Source: Candidatus Nanohaloarchaea archaeon (GTDB taxonomy: Archaea; Nanohalarchaeota; Nanosalinia; Nanosalinales; Nanosalinaceae). Taken from it: 11,082 nucleotides of DNA. The stretch's first letter is position 1. Each line of letters starts with the position of its first letter. The position numbers and the translations under genes are program-made. Where the stretch lies: positions 2,356-13,437 of the forward strand of contig JBEQBQ010000022.1 of assembly GCA_041639695.1 (NCBI GenBank), written 5' to 3'. A model generated the notes under the pieces. The model was not told the origin of the DNA and did no database searches. It saw only the letters and a program-made list of their open reading frames with translations. Below, in pieces: positions 1 through 6,708 of this stretch.

Positions 1-309
1 GTCAGCCGTCTTTTTCTTAGCCCTGAAAAGTTTCTCATTTACTTCAGGATCTTTCGGCAGTACTGCTTTCAGGTTGTAGAAATGGTCGTTCGGATCATCC
101 TCCCTGTCAACAACATAGAGATCTACTTCTAGGTTCCTATAGGTCTGGGCGAACTTCTCGACCTCGTCCTTCCAGTCGCCGTCCCAGACGAAAACCCAGT
201 CGCCTGAAGGCAAGACCAGCGCAGTGTACTTGTTTCCGTTCTTGCTTTCTCTGTCAACCATTAGGTTCTCTATCCGGGTTTCCAGTTTGAGTAGTTTTTC
301 GTCTCCCAT
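1..309 (-). CDS. Hypothetical protein, probable single OB-fold (SSB/RPA-like); 3' end runs off the window
   Basis: Hand translation from ATG at 309 is open to position 1: MGDEKLLKLETRIENLMVDRESKNGNKYTALVLPSGDWVFVWDGDWKDEVEKFAQTYRNLEVDLYVVDREDDPNDHFYNLKAVLPKDPEVNEKLFRAKKKTAD. TATA-like TTTAATAG on the minus strand lies 25 nt upstream (334-341). The OB-fold call rests on the residue pattern only. Not in the ORF track. Confidence 0.75.
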   Translation of the reverse strand, partial: MGDEKLLKLETRIENLMVDRESKNGNKYTALVLPSGDWVFVWDGDWKDEVEKFAQTYRNLEVDLYVVDREDDPNDHFYNLKAVLPKDPEVNEKLFRAKKKTAD

Positions 310-333
310 ACAATACTATTTGGATCCCGATAT

Positions 334-388
334 CTATTAAACAAAGTCCGGGCCTTTCCGGAACTGCCGGTAACCCGAAAGCTTTATA
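334..388. promoter_or_regulatory. Divergent archaeal promoters: minus-strand TATA at 334-341; plus-strand BRE-like CGAAA (376-380) and TTTATA (383-388)
   Basis: Each TATA-like box is ~25 nt from an ATG (309 minus, 414 plus), the spacing expected for leaderless archaeal transcripts. Confidence 0.65.
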
Positions 389-413
389 GCCCATATTAGC
401 TCTAAAAGACCTT

Positions 414-626
414 ATGAAGCTCGCAGCAGTAACTATTCTTGCTTTAGCGGTTGTTGCTAGTGGCTGTATCGGCGGCACCGGCCAAGTAAACGAACAGCAG
501 GAAGACTTGAACGACTTGGCGGAGAACTCCCAGGATCAGGCTGAGCAGGAGAGACAGATGATGGAGGAACAGATAGGAAACCTGGATGAAGACGGCGATC
601 AGTCTTCAGGAGAGGAATCGCAGTAG
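414..626 (+). CDS. Small acidic lipoprotein-like exported protein (70 aa)
   Basis: MK, a hydrophobic stretch and a lipobox-like VASG|C, followed by a Q/E/D-rich helical tail. It has its own BRE/TATA upstream and a T-rich tract downstream. Confidence 0.8.
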   Translation: MKLAAVTILALAVVASGCIGGTGQVNEQQEDLNDLAENSQDQAEQERQMMEEQIGNLDEDGDQSSGEESQ

Positions 627-629
627 TAA

Positions 630-656
630 CCCCGCCTTTTTCTTTCCTGTTTTTAG
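630..656 (+). terminator. Oligo-T/pyrimidine-rich archaeal terminator
   Basis: ccccgcctttttctttcctgtttttag directly follows the stop codon. Confidence 0.55.
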
Positions 657-677
657 CTTGAAGCTAGGTAATACGGC

Positions 678-685
678 TTATAAAA
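678..685 (+). promoter_or_regulatory. TATA box for the secE-spt5 operon
   Basis: TTATAAAA in AT-rich intergenic DNA predicts a start near 707-710, at the 5' end of the structured leader. Confidence 0.7.
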
Positions 686-708
686 TTTGTTCTTACTAAC
701 TTAGTTAT

Positions 709-797
709 ACCCGTCCGGACCACCTCTGGTGGGAGGGAACTAGAGTTAAAGTTAAACGGCTAGTTCTCTCTATCCGGTTTACGAGGTGCCTAAAACT
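709..797 (+). ncRNA. Structured 5' leader (three-way junction) upstream of secE, candidate cis-regulatory RNA
   Basis: Outer stem CCGGA 715-719/TCCGG 773-777. Hairpin CCACC-TCT-GGTGG 720-732. 11-bp stem GAGGGAACTAG 733-743/CTAGTTCTCTC 760-770 with one G-U pair. The 5' ACCCGT (709-714) can pair with ACG(A)GGT (781-787), overlapping the SD GAGGTG at 783-788. Confidence 0.55.
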
Positions 798-998
798 ATG
801 GATATAGACCTCAGGAAGTGGAAGAACGACCTAAAAGCCAAGCTTAACGAATACAAGCGAGTGCTGAAGATCTCCAGTAAGCCTGACCGCGAAGAGTTCG
901 AGATGTCAGCGAAGATTACTGGAGCCGGAATGATCATTATAGGGATAATAGGGTTCTTCTTCTACCTGGTTGCCAATCTAGTTCCAAGCCTGGTGTAA
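798..998 (+). CDS. secE: Protein translocase subunit SecE / Sec61-gamma
   Basis: EYKRVLKISSKPDREEF motif followed by a single TM helix (GAGMIIIGIIGFFFYLV), upstream of spt5. Start moved to ATG 798 because the GTG at 786 is part of the SD GAGGTG. Confidence 0.96.
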   Translation: MDIDLRKWKNDLKAKLNEYKRVLKISSKPDREEFEMSAKITGAGMIIIGIIGFFFYLVANLVPSLV

Positions 999-1003
999 AA
1001 AAC

Positions 1004-1438
1004 ATGATTTTGACAGCAAGAACCACAAGAGGACGTGAGAAGACAGCGATCGACGAGATGAGAAGCCGCATAAAGTCTCAAAACTACGACATAAACGCAG
1101 TCTTCAAGTCAGACGACCTGAAAGGCTACGTCTTTATCGAAGGCGAGGAAAGCGCAATCAGAGATCTCGCGGACGACATAAGACACATCAACGGAATAAT
1201 CGACTCAGAAGTCGACGTTGAAGAGATCGAGTCCCGTCTTTCACAGGAAGAGGAAGACATCAAGCTCGAGGAAGGAGACGAAGTCGAAGTTGTCGGCGGC
1301 GCGTTCAAAGGCGAGGAAGCTAAAATCAAGAGAATCGACGAAACCAACAGAGAAGTTACAATCGAGCTGCTTGACGCAGCAGTACCTATCCCTACAACCG
1401 TCGATGTAGATACCGTGAGGAAGAAGGCCTCGCGGTAA
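1004..1438 (+). CDS. spt5: Transcription elongation factor Spt5 (NusG family)
   Basis: NGN domain (RTTRGRE, LKGYVFIEG) and KOW motif (GDEVEVVGGAFKGEEAKIKRID, VTIELLDAAVPIP). Conserved position after secE. Confidence 0.97.
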   Translation: MILTARTTRGREKTAIDEMRSRIKSQNYDINAVFKSDDLKGYVFIEGEESAIRDLADDIRHINGIIDSEVDVEEIESRLSQEEEDIKLEEGDEVEVVGGAFKGEEAKIKRIDETNREVTIELLDAAVPIPTTVDVDTVRKKASR

Positions 1439-1466
1439 AAAATTTATGCTTAAAACGTGATTAACT

Positions 1467-1964
1467 ATGGGAGATAAGACCACTATCAACACTTTGGTGG
1501 AAGGAGGCCAAGCCTCCGCAGGACCTCCTCTAGGACCTGAACTAGGTCCACTGCCTACAGATGTAGGCGAGGTCGTGTCAGAAATAAATCAGAAAACCAG
1601 TGACTTCGAAGGAATGGAAGTACCTGTCGACGTTATCGTCGACGAAGACACAGGAGATTTCGAGGTAGAAGTCGGAAAGCCTCCTGCAGCCCAGCTCATC
1701 TTTGACGAGCTCGGTATTGACTCAGGTTCCGGAGAACCGAACACGAACAAGGTCGCAGACATGGAGTTTGAAACTGCATGTAAAGTCGCAAGAATGAAAG
1801 CAAGCGACCTTCTAGCCATGGATCTCAGAGGCGCAGTCAAAGAGATCATCGGTTCCGCGGACTCCGCAGGAATCACAGTTGATGGAAAGGACGCAAGACA
1901 GGTACAACAGGAAATCGAGGACGGAAAATACGACGACCGGCTTGAAGCCGAGGAAGGAATCTAG
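1467..1964 (+). CDS. rpl11: 50S ribosomal protein L11 (uL11)
   Basis: LVEGGQASAGPPLGPELGP, INQKT..FEGMEVPV, GKPPAA and the archaeal-type C-terminus GITVDGK...GKYDD. Confidence 0.98.
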   Translation: MGDKTTINTLVEGGQASAGPPLGPELGPLPTDVGEVVSEINQKTSDFEGMEVPVDVIVDEDTGDFEVEVGKPPAAQLIFDELGIDSGSGEPNTNKVADMEFETACKVARMKASDLLAMDLRGAVKEIIGSADSAGITVDGKDARQVQQEIEDGKYDDRLEAEEGI

Positions 1965-1974
1965 GTGACCGAAA

Positions 1975-2598
1975 ATGGATTTTGAACAAGCAGTAGAAGA
2001 CGCAGTCGAAGTCTCCGACGCAAGAGGCTTCAAAGAGTCCGTTGACATGGTTATCAACTTCAAAGGACTCGATCTTTCCGACCCTGAAAACCGTTTCAAC
2101 GAAGACATCAAGCTTCCTTACCAGGCAGACGAAGAAGTAAAGATCGCAGTGATTGGAGACACCATCACAAACGACGCAGACAACGCCGACAGGAAGATTT
2201 CAAAGGATGAACTCGAGGAAATGTTCGAGGATCCTTCGAAAGCCAAGGACTTGGCTGAAGAGTTCTCATTCCTACTTGCTGAGGCACCTCTGATGCCTAA
2301 GATCGGTCAGCAGCTAGGACAAGTGTTTGGTCCGAGAAACATGATGCCTGACCCAGTACAGCCCGGAGAAGACCCTTCGGACGAAATCGAGTCTTTGAGA
2401 AACACGGTAACTCTCAGACTGAAGGAATCCCCTCTGCTCCAGCTTAAGATCGGAAACGAGGAGCAGAATCTAGATCAGGTCGAGAGAAACGCTTCCGCAG
2501 TATACGACTTTGTGGAAGGACAGATGCCTCAGGGACAGAACAACATCAAATCAGTCATGATAAAGACCACCATGGGTCCAACAGTGGAGGTGGAGTAA
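1975..2598 (+). CDS. rpl1: 50S ribosomal protein L1 (uL1)
   Basis: FKESVDMVINFKGLDL, AEAPLMPKIGQQLGQVFGPRNMMP, NIKSVMIKTTMGP. SD AGGTGA at 1963-1968. Confidence 0.98.
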   Translation: MDFEQAVEDAVEVSDARGFKESVDMVINFKGLDLSDPENRFNEDIKLPYQADEEVKIAVIGDTITNDADNADRKISKDELEEMFEDPSKAKDLAEEFSFLLAEAPLMPKIGQQLGQVFGPRNMMPDPVQPGEDPSDEIESLRNTVTLRLKESPLLQLKIGNEEQNLDQVERNASAVYDFVEGQMPQGQNNIKSVMIKTTMGPTVEVE

Positions 2599-2599
2599 A

Positions 2600-3580
2600 A
2601 TGGTTCAGCCAACCCCTAAGAAACTGACAAGAGATCAGAAAGAGCAGCTTGTAGACAACATGGCAGAGCAGATAGAGGAAAAACCTGTTGTAGGAATCCT
2701 CGACATGCAAAGCCTTCCAGCAAAACAGCTCCAAGAAATTAAGAAGGAGATGAAAGAGTTCGCAAGCGTACAGATGCAGAGAAAGACACTCATGAAGCTG
2801 GCTATCGAGAAAGCTGATAGGGACGGCATCGACCAGCTTGAAGATAACGATGCAATCCAGCCAGCATTCATCTTTTCGGAGAAAGATCCTTTCCAGCTCT
2901 ACAGCCTTATTCAGAGCAACAAGTCCTCAGCGGCAGCTGACGGCGGAGAGACAGCTCCGAACGACATCGAAGTTCCTGAAGGAGACACAGGAATCGGTCC
3001 AGGACCGATGCTTGGAAAGCTTCAGGGCGCAGGACTACAGGTACAGGTCGACGACGGATCTATCCACGTCCAGAAGCCTGGCGTAATTGTTGAAGCCGGA
3101 GAAACAATCTCCGAAGACGACGCAGAAATTCTGAACCAGATCGGTATCGAACCTCTAGAAATCGGTCTAGATCTTGATATCGCGTTCAGCGAGGGAGAGA
3201 TCTTTACAGCTGAAGAGCTTGACATCGACACCGAACAGTACAGAGCAGACATCGAATCTGCAGCTTCAGGAGCATTCAACCTTGCGGTCAACGCAGGAGT
3301 TGTCAACGAAACAACGATCGAGACAATCATCTCCGAAGCAGCGAAGAAAGGGAAGAACCTTTCGATCTCGGAAGGAATTCCAACAGAGGAAACAATCGAG
3401 GAAATCCTGGCTTACGCATCCTCGAACGCAGAGGAAGTCAACTCACAGGTTGACCTCGACTCTGTTGAACTCGAGACAGAAGAAGGAGAAGAAACCGAAG
3501 AAGATTCAGAAGACACACAGGACTCAGAAGAAACTGAAGACGCAGAAAGTGAAGAGAGCGAGGAAGAATCCTCGGAGTAA
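2600..3580 (+). CDS. rpl10: 50S ribosomal protein L10 / acidic stalk protein P0 (uL10)
   Basis: LPAKQLQEIK, RKTLMKLA, APNDIEVPEGDTGIGPGP, LNQIGIEPLEIGLDL, three putative P1-binding helices and an acidic tail. SD GGAGGTG upstream. Confidence 0.97.
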   Translation: MVQPTPKKLTRDQKEQLVDNMAEQIEEKPVVGILDMQSLPAKQLQEIKKEMKEFASVQMQRKTLMKLAIEKADRDGIDQLEDNDAIQPAFIFSEKDPFQLYSLIQSNKSSAAADGGETAPNDIEVPEGDTGIGPGPMLGKLQGAGLQVQVDDGSIHVQKPGVIVEAGETISEDDAEILNQIGIEPLEIGLDLDIAFSEGEIFTAEELDIDTEQYRADIESAASGAFNLAVNAGVVNETTIETIISEAAKKGKNLSISEGIPTEETIEEILAYASSNAEEVNSQVDLDSVELETEEGEETEEDSEDTQDSEETEDAESEESEEESSE

Positions 3581-3613
3581 GGGAAAGTTTTTCCCTTTCT
3601 CAAACCTTTTCTC
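3579..3613 (+). terminator. Hairpin plus pyrimidine tract after rpl10
   Basis: AAGGGAAA-GTT-TTTCCCTT (3579-3597) followed by T/C-rich sequence. Confidence 0.55.
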
Positions 3614-3627
3614 ACCTATTCAAAGGA

Positions 3628-3652
3628 TTTTTATTCTACGGACCGAATTCGG
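3628..3652 (+). promoter_or_regulatory. Putative promoter of the large secreted protein gene (TTTTTATT) with a 10-bp palindrome CCGAATTCGG
   Basis: TATA-like box at 3628-3635, ~24 nt before ATG 3659. Perfect palindrome at 3643-3652 between the box and the start. Confidence 0.45.
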
Positions 3653-3658
3653 ATATTA

Positions 3659-6439
3659 ATGCCTACTAAAAGAGTAATTGCTTTCTCGTTAGTCGCTGCA
3701 TCAGTTCTGATGTTTTCGGGTTCGGCCGCCGCCCAAAACGTGGATCTGACACACTTAAACAGCCCTAACTCGTGGAGTGGCGGTGATAGCGAGGGCGATA
3801 TCCTTCAAGTAAAGGCCGAACTGAAGAATCAGGATACTGTCCAGACGCTCTGGTTCGATTCTCACATAAAAGGCCAGGAGGGAAACACCGAGCTTGCTTT
3901 CGGAGGTTCAGGAAAGGAGTTTGAAGAGAGCGGTGCGAGCAGCCGTGAGGACGGCAGACACACTGACACCTACCTTAACATAGGAGGTGATACATGCGGA
4001 CTCTATCTCGTAGAGAACGATATGTGGGGATACCAGACCGGCATGGTACAGTACGGTGAAGGAACAATAATCGATGCTGACGGAGAACCAAGGGAGAGAA
4101 GTACTGAAAACTACATTCTGCAGGAAGATTCGGATGGAAGCGGAGCACCCGAGCTGCATGACAGATTGAAGAACAGAGGCTTCAACGGCATGTCCTTCAA
4201 AAACAATCTGGACTTCAAACAGAGCGGTAAAGCAGAAATGCGTTACTCGCTTCTCTGCGCTCCAGAGCAGGGAACAGACGAGAATGAATGGCGTACCTGT
4301 CAGGGAGGCAAGACAGCACATTTCAGGGACACAAACTCTGGAGATGTCTATCTTTGTGGTAGCGGTGACGATGACTGGCAGGTCAGAGAGAACGTTCTAG
4401 GAAGCTGCAGCGAAGGAGGACGTACCAAGAACCTTGCAGGCGCCAATTATCTCTGTGCGCAAGACTCGGGAGGTAAAAAATGGATAGGATGTTCCTCTTG
4501 GGGAGAAAAACCTTCACCACAGCAAGCAGGCTCCAACATGTACTCCTGTAATACAGAAACGGGCGAATGGGAGGAAGGAAGAGTGGTATGCGAACCCGGA
4601 GATACTACGACTAAGGAGACTCAAAACGGCAACTACCAGCTTCTTTGCGGACAAGGGGATAACCCGACATACCAACCATGCGACGGCACTACAGTAACGG
4701 AAACAGTGAACGGTCAGACATGTACTTCAACAAGTTCTTCAGGCAAAATTAGCTATGAATGGAGCGGATCTGATCCTTCAGCTGGAGATATCCAGACAGG
4801 AGTCCTGAACTCCAACACTATTTCACATCTGGGAATAGATATCCAAGCTAACGGCAACAACCCTGCCTACACACAGTATATCTATGATGGTGAGAACTGG
4901 AACCAGTGTAACAGCGATAGCCCTGAAACAGTAAGTATTGGGACAGAACAGTACTCATGTCAGCAGCAAGGAAACGACTTTGTGTGGCAGCCCGCAGGAA
5001 CCTCATGCGAAGCAGGAACTACAAAGGACTCCCCTGATGGAACCTCAGACAAGTATCTCTGCACCGGTGACGATTGGAAAACCTGTACCCCCGATACCTC
5101 CATAGATGGAACATATGGCGGTAAAAGCTTCAGCTGCAACGCAGAAGAAGGTGAAGACGGAAGCTTTACAACTACAGGATTCAGCTGTGGCGGCAGAACA
5201 AGTATTGCTGCAAGTGTTTCAGAAAGCAGTTACTCGAACTTCCCTATAGAGATAAACGGGTGTACAACCAAGAAACACTTCATCGTGAAACTGAAGAGCG
5301 GTCTCAACGACATAGAGTGGAACTACAGGTACAACGAGAACCTGGATGATGCGGTTACAAACGGGGTTCAGTGCCTACACTCCACCAATACGGCATGTGA
5401 GAAGGAGAACTTCGAGATGGAAAGAGACGGAAACGAGTTTACAATAACAATCAGTAATGATGGGGGCAGACTTCCATGGGGTCCTAAAGATAGTCCTCAG
5501 GGAGAAGGTCAACCGGTTCCCTACGACATTTCTCTAGCGGCCTACGATGGCTCCACCTCAGGTACCTCAACCTGGGTCGATAACTCCCTGAGCGAGGTTT
5601 GTTCCTCTACAGGGATGTGTGGATCTAGCGATATAGTGTCCGGACTGGATACAACAGTTGGAGTGGTTGAACATAGTTACGGCGAACCAGTCACTTTGAT
5701 TCCCGGTCAGCAGCTAGACCTTTCCGGAGGTAGCTCGCAGCTTACATGTGCCGGCCAGGTAACTTTCGGAGGACCTATGACAAGTAGAAAGCTTTACTTC
5801 GGGGAGGGAACCGGAATAAGAAACAGTTATTCCTTGAACCATATCGAGGATGAAGTCCCTAACCCCAACAATCCAGAGTCAAGCGGCGATACGTTCACTA
5901 TAGGAGTTGCAGATGCCTTTGCAGAAACTAGTGACGTTTTGACCTTTGCAAGAGACACTGAGATACAGTTCATGAGTTACACTGGACAGATGTCAGAGGA
6001 ACAGGCTTTGAAGCTTAAACCAATCTGTAACTCTGGAACCGGTTCAGGTTCAACCGGTTCGGGCGACTCTGCACCCGGAACCACAACTGTAACCTCCTAC
6101 AGGCGTTCTAACAATCCTGCCTGGGTTAAGGCCTGTATTGATGGTGCCGGATCGCAGTCGAGTGGCGAAAGCTCTGATGAATCCTCTTCGGAGAGCGTTG
6201 ATCTTTGTGAGCCAGAGGATAATTCAATAACAGTTGATGAGATCGTTAACACTTTGAGGCCTTGCATCAGCAGCAACATGCCTAAAGACAAGACTCCTGG
6301 ATTCAGTGGAGTCAGCTGCTACGAAATTGTGAAGAGCTATTGTAACAACGCAGGAACATTAAACTACAACGGCCCAGAATCACTCGAGGGTGTTGAGACA
6401 AATATTGACAACACCTGTAGCAGAGGTGGTTCGGAATGA
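3659..6439 (+). CDS. Large secreted Cys/Gly/Ser/Thr-rich surface protein (926 aa), adhesin-like
   Basis: Sec signal peptide MPTKRVIAFSLVAASVLMFSGSAAA|Q, many Cys, internal Y-x-C...W-x-x-C repeats, GS/T-rich linkers and a Cys-rich C-terminal domain. No C-terminal TM anchor visible. Confidence 0.88.
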   Translation: MPTKRVIAFSLVAASVLMFSGSAAAQNVDLTHLNSPNSWSGGDSEGDILQVKAELKNQDTVQTLWFDSHIKGQEGNTELAFGGSGKEFEESGASSREDGRHTDTYLNIGGDTCGLYLVENDMWGYQTGMVQYGEGTIIDADGEPRERSTENYILQEDSDGSGAPELHDRLKNRGFNGMSFKNNLDFKQSGKAEMRYSLLCAPEQGTDENEWRTCQGGKTAHFRDTNSGDVYLCGSGDDDWQVRENVLGSCSEGGRTKNLAGANYLCAQDSGGKKWIGCSSWGEKPSPQQAGSNMYSCNTETGEWEEGRVVCEPGDTTTKETQNGNYQLLCGQGDNPTYQPCDGTTVTETVNGQTCTSTSSSGKISYEWSGSDPSAGDIQTGVLNSNTISHLGIDIQANGNNPAYTQYIYDGENWNQCNSDSPETVSIGTEQYSCQQQGNDFVWQPAGTSCEAGTTKDSPDGTSDKYLCTGDDWKTCTPDTSIDGTYGGKSFSCNAEEGEDGSFTTTGFSCGGRTSIAASVSESSYSNFPIEINGCTTKKHFIVKLKSGLNDIEWNYRYNENLDDAVTNGVQCLHSTNTACEKENFEMERDGNEFTITISNDGGRLPWGPKDSPQGEGQPVPYDISLAAYDGSTSGTSTWVDNSLSEVCSSTGMCGSSDIVSGLDTTVGVVEHSYGEPVTLIPGQQLDLSGGSSQLTCAGQVTFGGPMTSRKLYFGEGTGIRNSYSLNHIEDEVPNPNNPESSGDTFTIGVADAFAETSDVLTFARDTEIQFMSYTGQMSEEQALKLKPICNSGTGSGSTGSGDSAPGTTTVTSYRRSNNPAWVKACIDGAGSQSSGESSDESSSESVDLCEPEDNSITVDEIVNTLRPCISSNMPKDKTPGFSGVSCYEIVKSYCNNAGTLNYNGPESLEGVETNIDNTCSRGGSE
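4244..5167 (+). repeat. About five degenerate ~60-aa protein-level repeats (C-x-x-G-x-T-K...Y-L-C...W-x-x-C...Y-S-C...W)
   Basis: Compare GSCSEGGRTKNLAGANYLCAQDSGGKKWIGC...MYSCNTETGEW, VVCEPGDTTTKETQNGNYQLLC...YQPC and GTSCEAGTTKDSPDGTSDKYLCTGDDWKTC...SFSC. Two partial units: YSLLC...EWRTC...VYLC...DW and YIY..NWNQC...YSC...VW. Confidence 0.75.
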
Positions 6440-6708
6440 ACAGGACAATAGGGCTCCTGCTTTCATTTATGGTGATGATCATGATTGCGATAACCGTTAT
6501 CACGGCTTCAGGAGGGTTTTTCTCGACTTTCGGCGATTCGGGAGACAACGTTGAAAACTCGGGCTGCAACTTCCAGAGAAGCCAGGGAGAGAACTACGAT
6601 GATTTAAGCGAAGAATGTAGACCTGAGTCAAAGCAGGGCTACCAATACGGCAAGGCTTACCAGCTTGCTGCCGGAGGAGATCAGTCTTCAGGCGAGGAAA
6701 CTCCCTGA
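6436..6708 (+). CDS. Small N-terminally anchored, pilin-like exported protein (90 aa)
   Basis: ATGA overlap with the upstream stop and SD GAGGTG at 6423-6428. A ~22-aa hydrophobic N-terminal helix is followed by GGFFSTFG and a small acidic domain with two Cys. The pilin resemblance is inferred. Confidence 0.8.
   Translation: MNRTIGLLLSFMVMIMIAITVITASGGFFSTFGDSGDNVENSGCNFQRSQGENYDDLSEECRPESKQGYQYGKAYQLAAGGDQSSGEETP

Noticed and set aside
254-478. Minus-strand 74-aa ORF from the track
   Set aside because: It overlaps the lipoprotein gene antisense, both promoters and the better-supported ORF starting at 309, and its composition is unlike the acidic proteome.
262-780. Shared 11-mer TCTCTATCCGG near 267-277 and 767-777
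   Set aside because: Short, one copy is within coding sequence, and there is no further similarity, so chance is likely.
709-787. secE leader as a tRNA, hammerhead ribozyme or canonical uL1-binding site
   Set aside because: No cloverleaf or TTCGA T-loop, no CUGANGA/GAAA core, and the GGGAG present lacks a partner GYGAAA-type strand.
786-797. GTG start for secE given in the ORF track
   Set aside because: The GTG lies inside the SD GAGGTG (783-788), which is correctly spaced for ATG 798.
1126-3659. Antisense and alternate-frame ORFs over spt5, rpl11, rpl1 and rpl10, including 3174-3659
   Set aside because: Ser-rich antisense and Lys/Arg-rich shifted frames are expected shadows of GAA/GAC-rich acidic genes.
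3908-6569. Minus-strand ORFs inside the large secreted protein gene
   Set aside because: They overlap a long coherent ORF and show no recognisable motifs.
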